Assembly: GCA_016185525.1 (NCBI GenBank)
Contig: JACPNK010000006.1
Location: 115,440 to 179,439, forward strand
Source: Candidatus Yanofskybacteria bacterium
Lineage (GTDB): Bacteria > Patescibacteriota > Minisyncoccia > 2-02-FULL-40-12 > IGHO2-12-FULL-4
Length of the DNA: 64,000 nucleotides
Direction of reading: 5' to 3'
Made by a program: the position numbers and the translations under genes. Below the pieces are notes generated by a model. That model worked only from the letters and a program-made list of their open reading frames with translations, ran no database searches and was not told the DNA's origin. Within the stretch, counting starts at the first letter, position 1. Each line of letters begins with the position of its first letter. Positions 46,705 to 56,203 of this stretch are shown here, piece after piece.

Positions 46705-48285
46705 CTAGTAAGCGCCTTCAAATTTTGAAGGCTTTTTTAATGACAAAATTATAGCCGAATTCACGGCAAATATTAAAAATGCCCGTTCGTCAAAAAGCGC
46801 GGCATCGGTTAAAGAATAGAACAAAACCCAAATCGTGTAAAGAACAAAAGAGGCGCTGTAAACTTTATTGAAGATGTTGGTATTGCTCCAAAAAACAGCC
46901 AGCCCGCTTTTTAGTATTAATAAAAGAGTGCCTAAAACGGCCACTAATCCCAAAATTCCAATTTCGGCTGCTATTGTAAGATATAAGTTGTGGGCGGAAG
47001 ATCCGGCTTTGGCATATTCGGTTTCCTGTGACAAAACGACAGGATAGTTGCCTATTCCCACTCCCAACAAAGGTTTTTTGATAATTGAAGCAACCGAAGC
47101 TTTCCATATGGCTATGCGACCATTGTTTGACGTTTCTTCTAGGTCCAGTATTGAGCGTATTCGTTTAGCCAAGATTTCACTGCCGGTTTTTTTAATTTGG
47201 AATTGGTCTGAACCAAAAATTGGATAGGCCACCGAAAAAAGCATTGGGAACAAAACAAAAAACAGAGAAATGTATTTAAGAATATTTTTGTCAGATATAC
47301 TTTTGGAGAGTTTCAGTAAAAAAGGCAGTGTTACTATCGGTCCGAGAACTGCCAACCAGATTCCTCTGGTTCCGCTCAAGATGACCAGTAGAAAAAAAAT
47401 CGGTATTAGAATAACCAGCAAGGAAGCCCTGGTCTTAATCAGTTTTTTGAGTTGGGAAATCTGTCCGGTTTGAAAAACTTTTGTGAGGGAAAAGGCCAGA
47501 AGAGAGGGTATCGCCAGAAGCAAGAATATTGGAAAAGAATGCGAGTCGGGCAGGGTTGAAAAAATCCGCAAAGAAAGCTGGGGGCCGAAATAAGCAAACC
47601 AAGTATTTGCTTCTTGGGCCGTTTGCGACCAGGCAGAACCATAAAATCCCAGCTGGACCGAACCGGCCCAAAAGTCCATGAACTCATAAATTGAAACCAT
47701 GTAGGCGCTGATTAATTGCGCAACCGCAACAACAGCAACGATGACTCCGGAAAGTAAAATGTTTTTGACTAAATTTCTGGTTGTTTCCGGCTTTTTACGG
47801 ACCAAATCGTAAATGACAAAACCAATGAGGCTTAAGTTTGTAAAATATATTATTCTCTTTATCCCGCTGACTAAATCGTCGGCCGCTATCAGAGAGAATA
47901 AAGAAAACACTAAAACGACAAGGGCGAAGAAAGACAGCTGGTATTCCTGAAAATTGATGTTAAACGCCACCTCCCCGGAGAGTTTTTTTATTTGAACCAG
48001 TTTTTTTTCAGCAAAAAACCACTTTAAAAAAATAAGGCCTGAAGCAATCCGCCAGATATTAAAAGAGTCGAAGTATGGCGTTAAAGGAATTGCCACGAAA
48101 ATCGGCACGGATCTGACAAAAAAAGCGGTTGCTGTTTCCAGATCAGCCCACAAAACAAAAAAACCGGTCAAAATGGCAAGACCCAATATCGTATTTCTGG
48201 GAATTACTCCAAAGGCAACCAAAAAAACAACTACGACCTCAATTAAAAAAACTATATTGACGGGTTTTTTCAGCGTATTGAACAT
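46705..48285 (-). CDS. O-antigen ligase/polymerase-like polytopic membrane protein (Wzy_C family)
   Basis: 526 aa with >10 TM helices and a large periplasmic loop, within a glycosyltransferase cluster. Confidence 0.6.
   Translation of the reverse strand: MFNTLKKPVNIVFLIEVVVVFLVAFGVIPRNTILGLAILTGFFVLWADLETATAFFVRSVPIFVAIPLTPYFDSFNIWRIASGLIFLKWFFAEKKLVQIKKLSGEVAFNINFQEYQLSFFALVVLVFSLFSLIAADDLVSGIKRIIYFTNLSLIGFVIYDLVRKKPETTRNLVKNILLSGVIVAVVAVAQLISAYMVSIYEFMDFWAGSVQLGFYGSAWSQTAQEANTWFAYFGPQLSLRIFSTLPDSHSFPIFLLLAIPSLLAFSLTKVFQTGQISQLKKLIKTRASLLVILIPIFFLLVILSGTRGIWLAVLGPIVTLPFLLKLSKSISDKNILKYISLFFVLFPMLFSVAYPIFGSDQFQIKKTGSEILAKRIRSILDLEETSNNGRIAIWKASVASIIKKPLLGVGIGNYPVVLSQETEYAKAGSSAHNLYLTIAAEIGILGLVAVLGTLLLILKSGLAVFWSNTNIFNKVYSASFVLYTIWVLFYSLTDAALFDERAFLIFAVNSAIILSLKKPSKFEGAY
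46714..46738 (+). terminator. rho-independent terminator
   Basis: gccttcaaattttgaaggc plus tttttt; overlaps the 3' codons of the convergent minus-strand gene. Confidence 0.6.
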
Positions 48286-49397
48286 AGTTCTTTGAAGATT
48301 TGTATCAGTTTTTCAGTATGTTTTTCCCAGTTGAATTTTGATGTTATTCGCGGACTGTTCAGAATAACTTCTTCCATTTTCTGTCTGTTGTTTAACGCCC
48401 GTTCTATTGCCGACGCTATCTGCTGCGGGTCGGTCTCGTCTTGGACGAAAAAAGCGCTGCCTTCGTAAATTTCTTTGTTCAAATCGTTATTCTTAACCAG
48501 AGGCGGTGTGCCCAAGGCGAGAGCTTCAAGCGGAGGCAGTCCCATGGCTTCGGAGGTGGAAAGGTAAATAAACAGCTTGGCTCCGGCAATTAAAAATTTC
48601 AAATCTTCATCTTTGTCTATATAATCATAATGCATAACCCGCTGACCGCCTAATCTTTTATTGGTTTCTTGAATAAGACTTTTTAAAATCGGCGGATTGT
48701 ATTTGTCTTGGCCGACCAAAATTAGTTTCAGGTCTGGAAATTTATCCGCAAGTATTTCAAAAGCTTGAATTGTTTCTTTGGCTCTTCTGCGGGGTAAGGC
48801 TTGGCCGACATAGAGTAAATAGGTTCTAAGTTTTAGGTTATAGGTTATAGGCTTATTTGGTTGGTCTATGCCGAGATAATTCACCATTATTCTTTCGGGG
48901 GGGATTTTGAAGAGTTGAGAAATTTCTTTTTTGGCGGATTCAGTGAAAGTTGTGATTTTGGTGGCTCTTTTTGCCGCCCAGTTGCTGAAAAGCAGATAAC
49001 TTATGCGGTACTTCCAGGGATGGGTGCCGAATTTATATTCGTAGTAAACATCGTTGGTTAAAACCACTAAAGACTTACCCAAGAAAAAAAGAGGCAGCAT
49101 AAAACCGGGGAAAAAGGTTGCGTTAATTTTGTCGCGCAGGCAAGCCAAAGGCAAAAGAACGTGAAAGAATATATTATAAGATGGGCGCAGAAAAGGCAGT
49201 TTTAAAACCTTTTTTACGAAGATCGGATTGTTGAGATAGGGGTCGTCCGGGACGAACCCTTTGAAGTATAAGTAAAATTTGAACTCTTTTGCGAGTTCAG
49301 ATTTTTTTGATATCTCTTCCAGTATCTTTGATAAATGTCTGCCTATCCCCCATCTTTTATTTTCCAAATTGTGGCACTCTATGGCAATTTTATACAT
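48270..49397 (-). CDS. family 4 (GT1-fold) glycosyltransferase
   Basis: C-terminal EAMGLPPLEALALGTPPL GT-B signature; the track ORF runs to 49490, and the internal Met at 49397 avoids overlap. Confidence 0.75.
   Translation of the reverse strand: MYKIAIECHNLENKRWGIGRHLSKILEEISKKSELAKEFKFYLYFKGFVPDDPYLNNPIFVKKVLKLPFLRPSYNIFFHVLLPLACLRDKINATFFPGFMLPLFFLGKSLVVLTNDVYYEYKFGTHPWKYRISYLLFSNWAAKRATKITTFTESAKKEISQLFKIPPERIMVNYLGIDQPNKPITYNLKLRTYLLYVGQALPRRRAKETIQAFEILADKFPDLKLILVGQDKYNPPILKSLIQETNKRLGGQRVMHYDYIDKDEDLKFLIAGAKLFIYLSTSEAMGLPPLEALALGTPPLVKNNDLNKEIYEGSAFFVQDETDPQQIASAIERALNNRQKMEEVILNSPRITSKFNWEKHTEKLIQIFKELCSIR
48828..48856. repeat. family 3 repeat (agttttaggttataggttatagg) in-frame in the GT4 gene
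   Basis: Encodes KPITYNLKLRTY. Confidence 0.7.
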
Positions 49398-49440
49398 AAG
49401 TCGTTGTGGAATTAGAGGAGCTATCGCTACATAATTTTGG

Positions 49441-50397
49441 TTATTTTGGAACAATCGCTCCGAATTTATTTTTATAAAAATCCAACACACCTTCTATGAT
49501 GGCATCGGCGGCGGGTGCTTTAGACGGCATAACAAACATTTTAACCAAATTTTTCAAAACGATATAACCTGACCAGAAAATCAAAAAAGGCTTAACTGTC
49601 CAAGGCGCGTTTAAGCTGTTGAATATCAGGGCGTTTCTCGAGTGGTAGCGTAAAACAATAGGCGAACCGAGTTTTTTTGTGGTTGCGGAAACTTTGTGGT
49701 GGACTATGGCTTCCGGGACAATTTTCAGCTCATAGCCGGCTAACTGGGCTCTTATATTTAAATCCGCATCCTCAAAATACAGAAAATAAATTTCGTCAAA
49801 ACCTTTGATTTTTTCCAGCACCTCTTTTTTAACTAGCATAGCCGCGCCGATTACATATTCTTTTGGTTTAAGGTATTTTTCGGCTGGTGGTGTGCTGGAA
49901 TGAGTTAGCTCTGTTTTCAGCCAAGAGATTTTACCAAAGTAAGCTGTTTTCTGGCCTTCTTTGATTGCTGGTCCGATTATGCCGACTGTTGGGTCGGTCT
50001 CTGCTGCGGCGATCAGTTTTTTTAAAACATCCGGCTCAACCACGGTGTCGTTGTTTAAAATAAAAATACAATCGGCTCCTTTTTCTAGGGCATATTTTAT
50101 ACCAACATTGTTTCCGCCGGCGTAGCCCAGGTTGGAGGGGTTTGTTATAAGTTTTAAGTTATAAGTTTTAGGATTAACTTGACTTTCTGTATAACTTTTG
50201 ATATTATTAACTTCAGCTTCGTTTGAAGCGTTGTCCACTACGACAATTCTAAAGTTTGGATAATCTAGTTCTTTTAAAGATTCCAAACACTCCAAGGTGT
50301 CTTGGGAGTTGTTGTATTGGAGAACGATTATGAAAACAGAAGGAGGAAACATGATTGGTGCTGTTTTATTTATTTTTGTTTGCATTATTTTGCTCAA
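49441..50397 (-). CDS. family 2 glycosyltransferase
   Basis: FIIVLQYNNSQDT...VVVDNAS GT-A signature. Confidence 0.75.
   Translation of the reverse strand: MSKIMQTKINKTAPIMFPPSVFIIVLQYNNSQDTLECLESLKELDYPNFRIVVVDNASNEAEVNNIKSYTESQVNPKTYNLKLITNPSNLGYAGGNNVGIKYALEKGADCIFILNNDTVVEPDVLKKLIAAAETDPTVGIIGPAIKEGQKTAYFGKISWLKTELTHSSTPPAEKYLKPKEYVIGAAMLVKKEVLEKIKGFDEIYFLYFEDADLNIRAQLAGYELKIVPEAIVHHKVSATTKKLGSPIVLRYHSRNALIFNSLNAPWTVKPFLIFWSGYIVLKNLVKMFVMPSKAPAADAIIEGVLDFYKNKFGAIVPK
50144..50173. repeat. family 3 repeat (gttataagttttaagttataagttttagg) in-frame in the GT2 gene
   Basis: Encodes NPKTYNLKLITN. Confidence 0.75.
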
Positions 50398-50432
50398 GAT
50401 TCTTTCGATTTTTGAAGACCTATCTTAACTAC

Positions 50433-52901
50433 TTAGTTCTTGTGAAAGACAAAATTCTTTATTTCTTCCTTAAATCTCTGCCGAGAAAATTTCTCGGCAG
50501 AGATTTTTATTTCTTCCGGATGGTAACTTTCATAATTTTCATTCAATCTTCTGACTCCATCAGCTAAAACTGCCGGATGCGGGTCTTCAAAAAACTCGCC
50601 ATTTATGCCCTCTTCAATATACTCCAAAGCCCCGCCTCTTTTCAAAGCTAAAACCGGTTTGCCAAATTGCATGGCCTCAAGAGGTGTTAAGCCAAAGTCT
50701 TCTTCTTGGGGCATAATAAAAGCTTTTGCGCCTTGGTAGTATTTTATCAAATCTTCGTCCGAAACCTCTCCCGCCATTTTTATCATTTTTTTGTTTTCAA
50801 TCATAGACTTCAATTTTTTATACTCCGGCCCACTGCCCACTATCACCAAAGGCAGTTCAAGTTTGTTGAAGGCTCGTATGGCAATATCAATATTTTTGTG
50901 AGGAAACAAGCGAGAGACGATTAAGAAATAATCTTTAAGACTTGAGTCACAGTGCTTCGCACTTTCGCAGAAAGTGCCTGGCTCTTGACAAGACGAGCCG
51001 CTTTGCGCGATGAGAAAATCTCGCTGGGATTTTCGAAGGTCCGAAGAAGTACTGTGATGAAAGTCTTGTGTGGGCGGATAAATTACTATTGAATCGCGGT
51101 TATAGTATTTCTTAATCCTCTGCTGAACATTTTTTGAAATAGCGATAAATTCGTCAACTCTGTCTGCCGCGCTTCTGTCCCAAATCCTCAAAAAATGCTG
51201 AAGTATGCTTATTCTGAAATTTTGCGTTTTTCGTTTTTCGCTTTGCGTTTGGTACTCCTTGTTCCAATCCCACAAAAATCTTGTCGGGCTGTAGCAATAG
51301 CAAATATGCCTGGTTTTGGGTTTTAAAATCAGGCCTTTAGAGAAAGCTATGGAAGAAGATATGACCAGGTCGTATTGACTCAAATCAAAAGACTCGGCCG
51401 CAACAGGCAAGAGGGGCAAAAAAAGTTTGTGGTTTACGAATTTCAGTTTGTAAAGTTTTTGTAAAAAAGAGCTCTTAATCTTTGCTTCCGGCAAGAATTT
51501 GTCGGTAAATTTTTTGTTATAAAAAAAAGTGTAAATCGGCGCTTCCGGGAACATTTCATGCAAAACTTTCAGCACTCTTTCCGCTCCACCCAAACTCAAA
51601 ATCCAATCGTGGACAAGGGCTATTTTTTTGTTTTTTTCTGAATTTGCCGGCATAATTTTGGGTTCAATATTGTTGCTTTGACCAGCTTGTTTCCCCTGAA
51701 ATGTTTTTATAACCAGGTACATGTACAGTAGTGTTATTGGCAAAGATTTGCCTGCAATCATCAGGCTTCTAAGGACTTCTGTATTATTTTTGTGCCAAAA
51801 AAAGTATAAGGTTGGAGAGGCTAAAAGCAGCCATATCGTAAAAATGAAGATTTTTTCTTTTCGACTGACGCTAAGCAAGAAAGTAAGAGCAACTATGGGC
51901 GCAAGAAAAGCCAAGAGGCTCTCCCAGACTTCTTTATAGAAAATAAAGGGGGAAAGCGCCAGAAGCAAGGGGAAATAAAGTTCTGACTTTGAATTGTTAT
52001 TCTTAAATAAGTAAACGATCGGAACGATGCTGGCGATGGAGACCAAAACAATCCCCAGGACTTTATACAGAATGTAATGTTTATCGTAAAAAAGTTCTCC
52101 AACGAAAGCCGGTAGTCCGAAGTTATCAATGTAGTGAACTTGCCAGCCGATACGTTCTTTGTCTGTAAGGAATCCGAATGCCTTTTTGGCGGAAGCAATA
52201 AAGCTGTCTGATGGCGGATCTTTAAAATAAATAAGGTAAAGTATGGTAAACGCGGCAATTCCTAAAAAATAAAATATGGCTTTATAGTTTTTTTTCTTGA
52301 AATAGTAAAAAATTCCAAATATAAAGATAGGTTTTGTTATTATGCTGCTCAACCAACCGAAAACTGAAACTCCGTTTTTTTTAGAAACTACGCCCCAGAA
52401 GAAAATTAAAAAAAACAAACCGGCCAAAGAGTTGTACTGTCCCATTCTCCAATCAGATTGGTAGCTCCAAAAAATCCAGTAAAGTCCGACAGATAAAATT
52501 ATTTGCCAAGCATCTTTTTTTAAAGTTAACCCAATTTTTGTTATAAAAACTAACCCAAAAATTAGAATCGCAGCCTGAAGAAGGATGACATAATAGCGAT
52601 AAAATGTTTCAAAGGAAACCTTCTCTGTTAGAGGACTTGCCAGAATTGGCAGAATCGGCAAGTATTTCCAAGGAAAATAGTCGTTTGTGAACAGAGTTTC
52701 TTGAGCGCTTTGGCCGTAAATAAAATTACCACTTCCAAAATTTTTGCCGGCTTGGTACAAAGATTGGAAGTCCTCACCAATGGCTGCGCATAAGGTATAT
52801 CCAAGGTCCGAACAAGAAAACTGCCAAAACTGGAGAATGCTTAGAAGGTACAGTGTGGAAATTACGGCTATGATTAGAAATATTTTTCTAGAATCGGTCA
52901 T
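50433..52901 (-). CDS. fusion protein with N-terminal polytopic membrane domain and C-terminal GT4 glycosyltransferase, carrying a GC-rich in-frame insertion
   Basis: ~400-aa multi-TM N-terminus; C-terminal GT-B motifs (ALVHDWI...EDFGLTPLEAM); the linker between YPP and KDYFL is ~30 aa longer than expected. Confidence 0.7.
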   Translation of the reverse strand: MTDSRKIFLIIAVISTLYLLSILQFWQFSCSDLGYTLCAAIGEDFQSLYQAGKNFGSGNFIYGQSAQETLFTNDYFPWKYLPILPILASPLTEKVSFETFYRYYVILLQAAILIFGLVFITKIGLTLKKDAWQIILSVGLYWIFWSYQSDWRMGQYNSLAGLFFLIFFWGVVSKKNGVSVFGWLSSIITKPIFIFGIFYYFKKKNYKAIFYFLGIAAFTILYLIYFKDPPSDSFIASAKKAFGFLTDKERIGWQVHYIDNFGLPAFVGELFYDKHYILYKVLGIVLVSIASIVPIVYLFKNNNSKSELYFPLLLALSPFIFYKEVWESLLAFLAPIVALTFLLSVSRKEKIFIFTIWLLLASPTLYFFWHKNNTEVLRSLMIAGKSLPITLLYMYLVIKTFQGKQAGQSNNIEPKIMPANSEKNKKIALVHDWILSLGGAERVLKVLHEMFPEAPIYTFFYNKKFTDKFLPEAKIKSSFLQKLYKLKFVNHKLFLPLLPVAAESFDLSQYDLVISSSIAFSKGLILKPKTRHICYCYSPTRFLWDWNKEYQTQSEKRKTQNFRISILQHFLRIWDRSAADRVDEFIAISKNVQQRIKKYYNRDSIVIYPPTQDFHHSTSSDLRKSQRDFLIAQSGSSCQEPGTFCESAKHCDSSLKDYFLIVSRLFPHKNIDIAIRAFNKLELPLVIVGSGPEYKKLKSMIENKKMIKMAGEVSDEDLIKYYQGAKAFIMPQEEDFGLTPLEAMQFGKPVLALKRGGALEYIEEGINGEFFEDPHPAVLADGVRRLNENYESYHPEEIKISAEKFSRQRFKEEIKNFVFHKN
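50945..51060. repeat. GC-rich in-frame insertion with internal palindromes in the GT4 domain
   Basis: Local GC is clearly higher than the flanks; gcactttcgcagaaagtgc palindrome; encodes HHSTSSDLRKSQRDFLIAQSGSSCQEPGTFCESAKHCDSS. Confidence 0.6.
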
Positions 52902-52915
52902 TTTGAAACCGATAG

Positions 52916-53923
52916 TTATCTTTTGGTCATGATGTTTCTCTTGTAAACATCAAGATTGTTTAACACAACACCGGTGCCTTTTGAGACGCAGAGCAGTGGG
53001 TCGTCAGCTATGCGGCAGACTACGCCGGTGACTTTGGTTACCAAGGTGTCTATGTTTTTTAGCAATGCTCCTCCGCCGGAAATTACGATGCCTTTGTCAA
53101 CGATGTCAGAACATAACTCCGGAGGCGTGTCCTGCAGGACAGTTTTAATGGTCTGGACTATTTCTCTTAACTGTTCTTGCATTGCTTCGGTGATTTCGTT
53201 TGAGCTGATTTCCACGGTTTTCGGATAACCGGAAGTCAAGTCTCTGCCTCTGACATTTATTTTTTCTTCAGCGCTTTGCTTAACAGCGCTGCCTATGGCT
53301 ATTTTAATTAATTCAGCTGTTCTGTCGCCGATTGCCAAGCTGTGCCTCTTTTTTATGTAATCAACTATTGCTTCGTCAATCCTGTTGCCACCCACCCTGG
53401 CAGACGCGGCATTGACTATGCCGCCAAGGCTGATAATCGCCACTTCGGTAGTGCCGCCGCCGATATTTAATATCATGTTGCCGGAGGAGCTGTTTATGGA
53501 GATTTTGGCTCCGATGGCGGCCAAAACAGGTTCTTTAACCAGATAAGCCGCTTTGGCGCCGGCATTGATGGTTGCTTCAATAACCGCCCGTCTTTCGGTA
53601 GAGGTAATGCCTGCCGGCACCGAGATTAAAACTTCAGGCTTAACTAAGCCTATCTTGCCGACTGCTTTTTTAATGAAGTATCTCAACATGGCTTCAGTGA
53701 CCCTGTAGTCGGCAATAACCCCGTCTTTTAGGGGTCTGGAGACGACGATACTGTCGGGGGCCCGGCCTATCATTTCCTTGGCTTCGTTGCCTACAGCAAT
53801 GATTTTGTTGTCAAGAACTGAAATAGAAACAACTGACGGTTCGTTTACAATGATGCCCTTTTTGGGCAAAAAAACCAGTGTGTTGGTTGTGCCCAAATCA
53901 ATACCGATTTTCTTTACAAACAT
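52916..53923 (-). CDS. mreB: rod shape-determining protein MreB
   Basis: IGIDLGTTNT actin-fold phosphate-1 motif and MreB length. Confidence 0.9.
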   Translation of the reverse strand: MFVKKIGIDLGTTNTLVFLPKKGIIVNEPSVVSISVLDNKIIAVGNEAKEMIGRAPDSIVVSRPLKDGVIADYRVTEAMLRYFIKKAVGKIGLVKPEVLISVPAGITSTERRAVIEATINAGAKAAYLVKEPVLAAIGAKISINSSSGNMILNIGGGTTEVAIISLGGIVNAASARVGGNRIDEAIVDYIKKRHSLAIGDRTAELIKIAIGSAVKQSAEEKINVRGRDLTSGYPKTVEISSNEITEAMQEQLREIVQTIKTVLQDTPPELCSDIVDKGIVISGGGALLKNIDTLVTKVTGVVCRIADDPLLCVSKGTGVVLNNLDVYKRNIMTKR

Positions 53924-53997
53924 ACAAGTCAGCCTATATATTATTTAGCCTTTAAACAATCTTTACAAAGATAGTTTTTTAGTTCATAATAGGTTAA

Positions 53998-54834
53998 ATG
54001 ACACGAAAAACCAGAAAACTTATTTTTTATCTCTCTGTACTTGTCTTTCTTTTGATGGGCACACTGATTCTTTCCTTTGCTTTTGGTTTTAGATATGACT
54101 TTCAAAATAACAGATTGATCAAGACGGGTTCCATAGTTATAAAAACAAATGTGTCTGCTAAAATCTATGTTGACGACAAGCTTGAGGGCGAAACCTCTTT
54201 TTTCAGCGGCACTTTCTCAAAAAAGAACCTTCTGCCCGGCAAATACAGTTTAAAGATACAAAAAAACGGCTACCAAACTTGGCAGAAGTCCGTAATGGTG
54301 GAAGAAGGCCTCATTTCTTACTTCGGGAATGTGTTTCTGCCGTTAAACGAACCGAAAGAAGAAACTCTTGCTTCCAGGGAAATTCTGGACGAGTATTTGG
54401 AGTCTTTAAAATTAAAAGTAGAGGTTCCCGCTATTTTCGATTTACCCGAAAAAGGGGTAGTTGGTTTTTCTGTTTTTTCCGGCGAGTCGGCCGTTGTTTG
54501 GGCAACCAACCATGAGATTTGGATTTTGTGGAGTAGAAATACGGACTACCAGCCAATAAGAAAAGCCGGTGAAAAAGAACTGGTTACCAGACTTTCCGGA
54601 AATATTAAAAGTGTTTATTGGCACAAAAGCGGGGGTTATGTGTTTCTTCGTCTTGGGACCAAGTTTATAATGCTGGAAACGGATGTGCGTGGCGGGGTCA
54701 ACACATACACCCTCTATGACAATCTGGGGGTTAAAGATATTGTCTGGTACGACTCCGGTCTTGATAAAATTTTCAAATACCAAAACAGCAACCTGCCTAC
54801 CGGTCAGGCAGGCTTGTTTGCCGTTGATTTGTAA
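53998..54834 (+). CDS. PEGA domain-containing membrane protein
   Basis: N-terminal TM; KIYVDDKLEGET...PGKYSLKIQKNGY PEGA motif. Confidence 0.6.
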   Translation: MTRKTRKLIFYLSVLVFLLMGTLILSFAFGFRYDFQNNRLIKTGSIVIKTNVSAKIYVDDKLEGETSFFSGTFSKKNLLPGKYSLKIQKNGYQTWQKSVMVEEGLISYFGNVFLPLNEPKEETLASREILDEYLESLKLKVEVPAIFDLPEKGVVGFSVFSGESAVVWATNHEIWILWSRNTDYQPIRKAGEKELVTRLSGNIKSVYWHKSGGYVFLRLGTKFIMLETDVRGGVNTYTLYDNLGVKDIVWYDSGLDKIFKYQNSNLPTGQAGLFAVDL

Positions 54835-54846
54835 AGATTTGTTTAT

Positions 54847-55020
54847 ACTATCGTTTCGCCCAATGTGGCGTCGTCAAGACAATGACTCGCCAAGCCTAGC
54901 ATTGTCTTGACTCTTTAAAACCTAGCGGTTTTAATATTTCCACCTTGGGGGAACACCCAGTTCCCCCATCGCCCCCTCTGCTCCGCAGTGGGCTCACTAT
55001 CGTTTCGCCCACTGCGGAGC
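54847..55020. repeat. duplicated rpsI 3'-end fragment bracketing a hairpin-rich GC-rich segment
   Basis: actatcgtttcgccca(a/c)tg at 54847..54870 and 54996..55020; internal hairpins gtcaagacaatg/cattgtcttgac, gggggaac/gttccccc and gctccgcagtgggc/gcccactgcggagc. Confidence 0.7.
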
Positions 55021-55506
55021 TTTTCTGGCTTTCTTTAAGCCGTATTTGCGTCTCTCTTTTTCTCTGGGGTCTCTTGTCAGGTAACCTGACTTTTTGAGTT
55101 TCTTGGCAAAATTGGCGTCAAACAAAACCAACGCTCTTGATAAGCCGTGGCGTATAGCTTCCGCTTGTCCTCTGATTCCGCCGCCGGAGACTTTGACGGT
55201 GGCTTTGAAACGATTTACTGATTTGAGCTTTTTAAGCGGCGAGTCCGCTAAATTTTTTAATTCTTCGTTCCCTTGAAAATAGGATAAGTAATCTTTACCG
55301 TTCACCGTGATTAGAGCGTTGTCTTCCCCGCTGTTTTCGTCGCTGGCCTTTTTTGTATAAATCCTAACCCTGGCAGTCGCGTTTTTCCTCCGGCCGACAG
55401 TTGCGTAATATTTTTCTTCAGTTTTCACAGCCTCTTCTTTTACCGGTTCTGTTTTTTCCGGAGCCGGTTTTGCTTTTTTTGTTGTTTTTGTTTTTGTTGC
55501 AGCCAT
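54997..55506 (-). CDS. rpsI: 30S ribosomal protein S9 (with Lys-rich N-terminal extension)
   Basis: C-terminal ...[17 protein letters not shown]. Confidence 0.9.
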   Translation of the reverse strand: MAATKTKTTKKAKPAPEKTEPVKEEAVKTEEKYYATVGRRKNATARVRIYTKKASDENSGEDNALITVNGKDYLSYFQGNEELKNLADSPLKKLKSVNRFKATVKVSGGGIRGQAEAIRHGLSRALVLFDANFAKKLKKSGYLTRDPREKERRKYGLKKARKAPQWAKR

Positions 55507-55841
55507 TAGTTTATGATAAGATTTTTAATTATCTTGCTTCGCATTTTGTTTTTTGGCAACATTCTGTAGACTGCTGATTTGAAAACTTTTGCTGGATTCT
55601 TGTAAAATTCTTCTCCCAGTTTTCTGGTTTTCATGCCTCCCGGAAAACCCGAATAATGAAAATATTTTTTTTGCGCTTCTTTTTTGCCGGAAAAGGATAG
55701 TTGTTTTATATTTTCTATAACAACTTTTTCTTCTGGGGCAATGTTGGGTTCGAAATCGGCTTTATTTTTGCCTCTCAAAAGCACGGCAACTTCAGTTGCT
55801 AAACGCCCGAATATTTTATTTGCCGCGTCAAGCTTTTGCAT
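55506..55841 (-). CDS. rplM: 50S ribosomal protein L13 (short)
   Basis: Position upstream of rpsI and L13-like N-terminus. Confidence 0.75.
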   Translation of the reverse strand: MQKLDAANKIFGRLATEVAVLLRGKNKADFEPNIAPEEKVVIENIKQLSFSGKKEAQKKYFHYSGFPGGMKTRKLGEEFYKNPAKVFKSAVYRMLPKNKMRSKIIKNLIIN

Positions 55842-55849
55842 GATAAGTG

Positions 55850-56200
55850 TTATTTTATAAACTCTATAATAGCCATAGGCGAACCGTCGCTTTTGCGGGG
55901 AGCCAGTTTGGTTATTTTGGTGTAACCTCCTCCTCTGGACTGGTATCTGGGTCCCAAGATTTCCAGGATTTTTTTAGCCGTTTTTTTGTTTGTAAGCGAT
56001 ACCAACTGTCTAAGTTTTGACAAGCCTTTTTGTTTGCCTTTTGTGATCAACTTTTCAACGACAGGCCTCAAGCTTTTCGCTTTGGTTTCAGTTGTAACTA
56101 TTCTCTCACGCTGAATTAGAGACTCGGCGAGTCCTTGGATGAGGGCAGATCTTTGTTTTTTGGTTCTGCCGAAAATTTTACCTTTTTTTCTATGCTTCAT
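55850..56200 (-). CDS. rplQ: 50S ribosomal protein L17
   Basis: MKHRKKGKIFGRTKKQRSALIQGL signature. Confidence 0.9.
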   Translation of the reverse strand: MKHRKKGKIFGRTKKQRSALIQGLAESLIQRERIVTTETKAKSLRPVVEKLITKGKQKGLSKLRQLVSLTNKKTAKKILEILGPRYQSRGGGYTKITKLAPRKSDGSPMAIIEFIK

Positions 56201-56203
56201 GGC

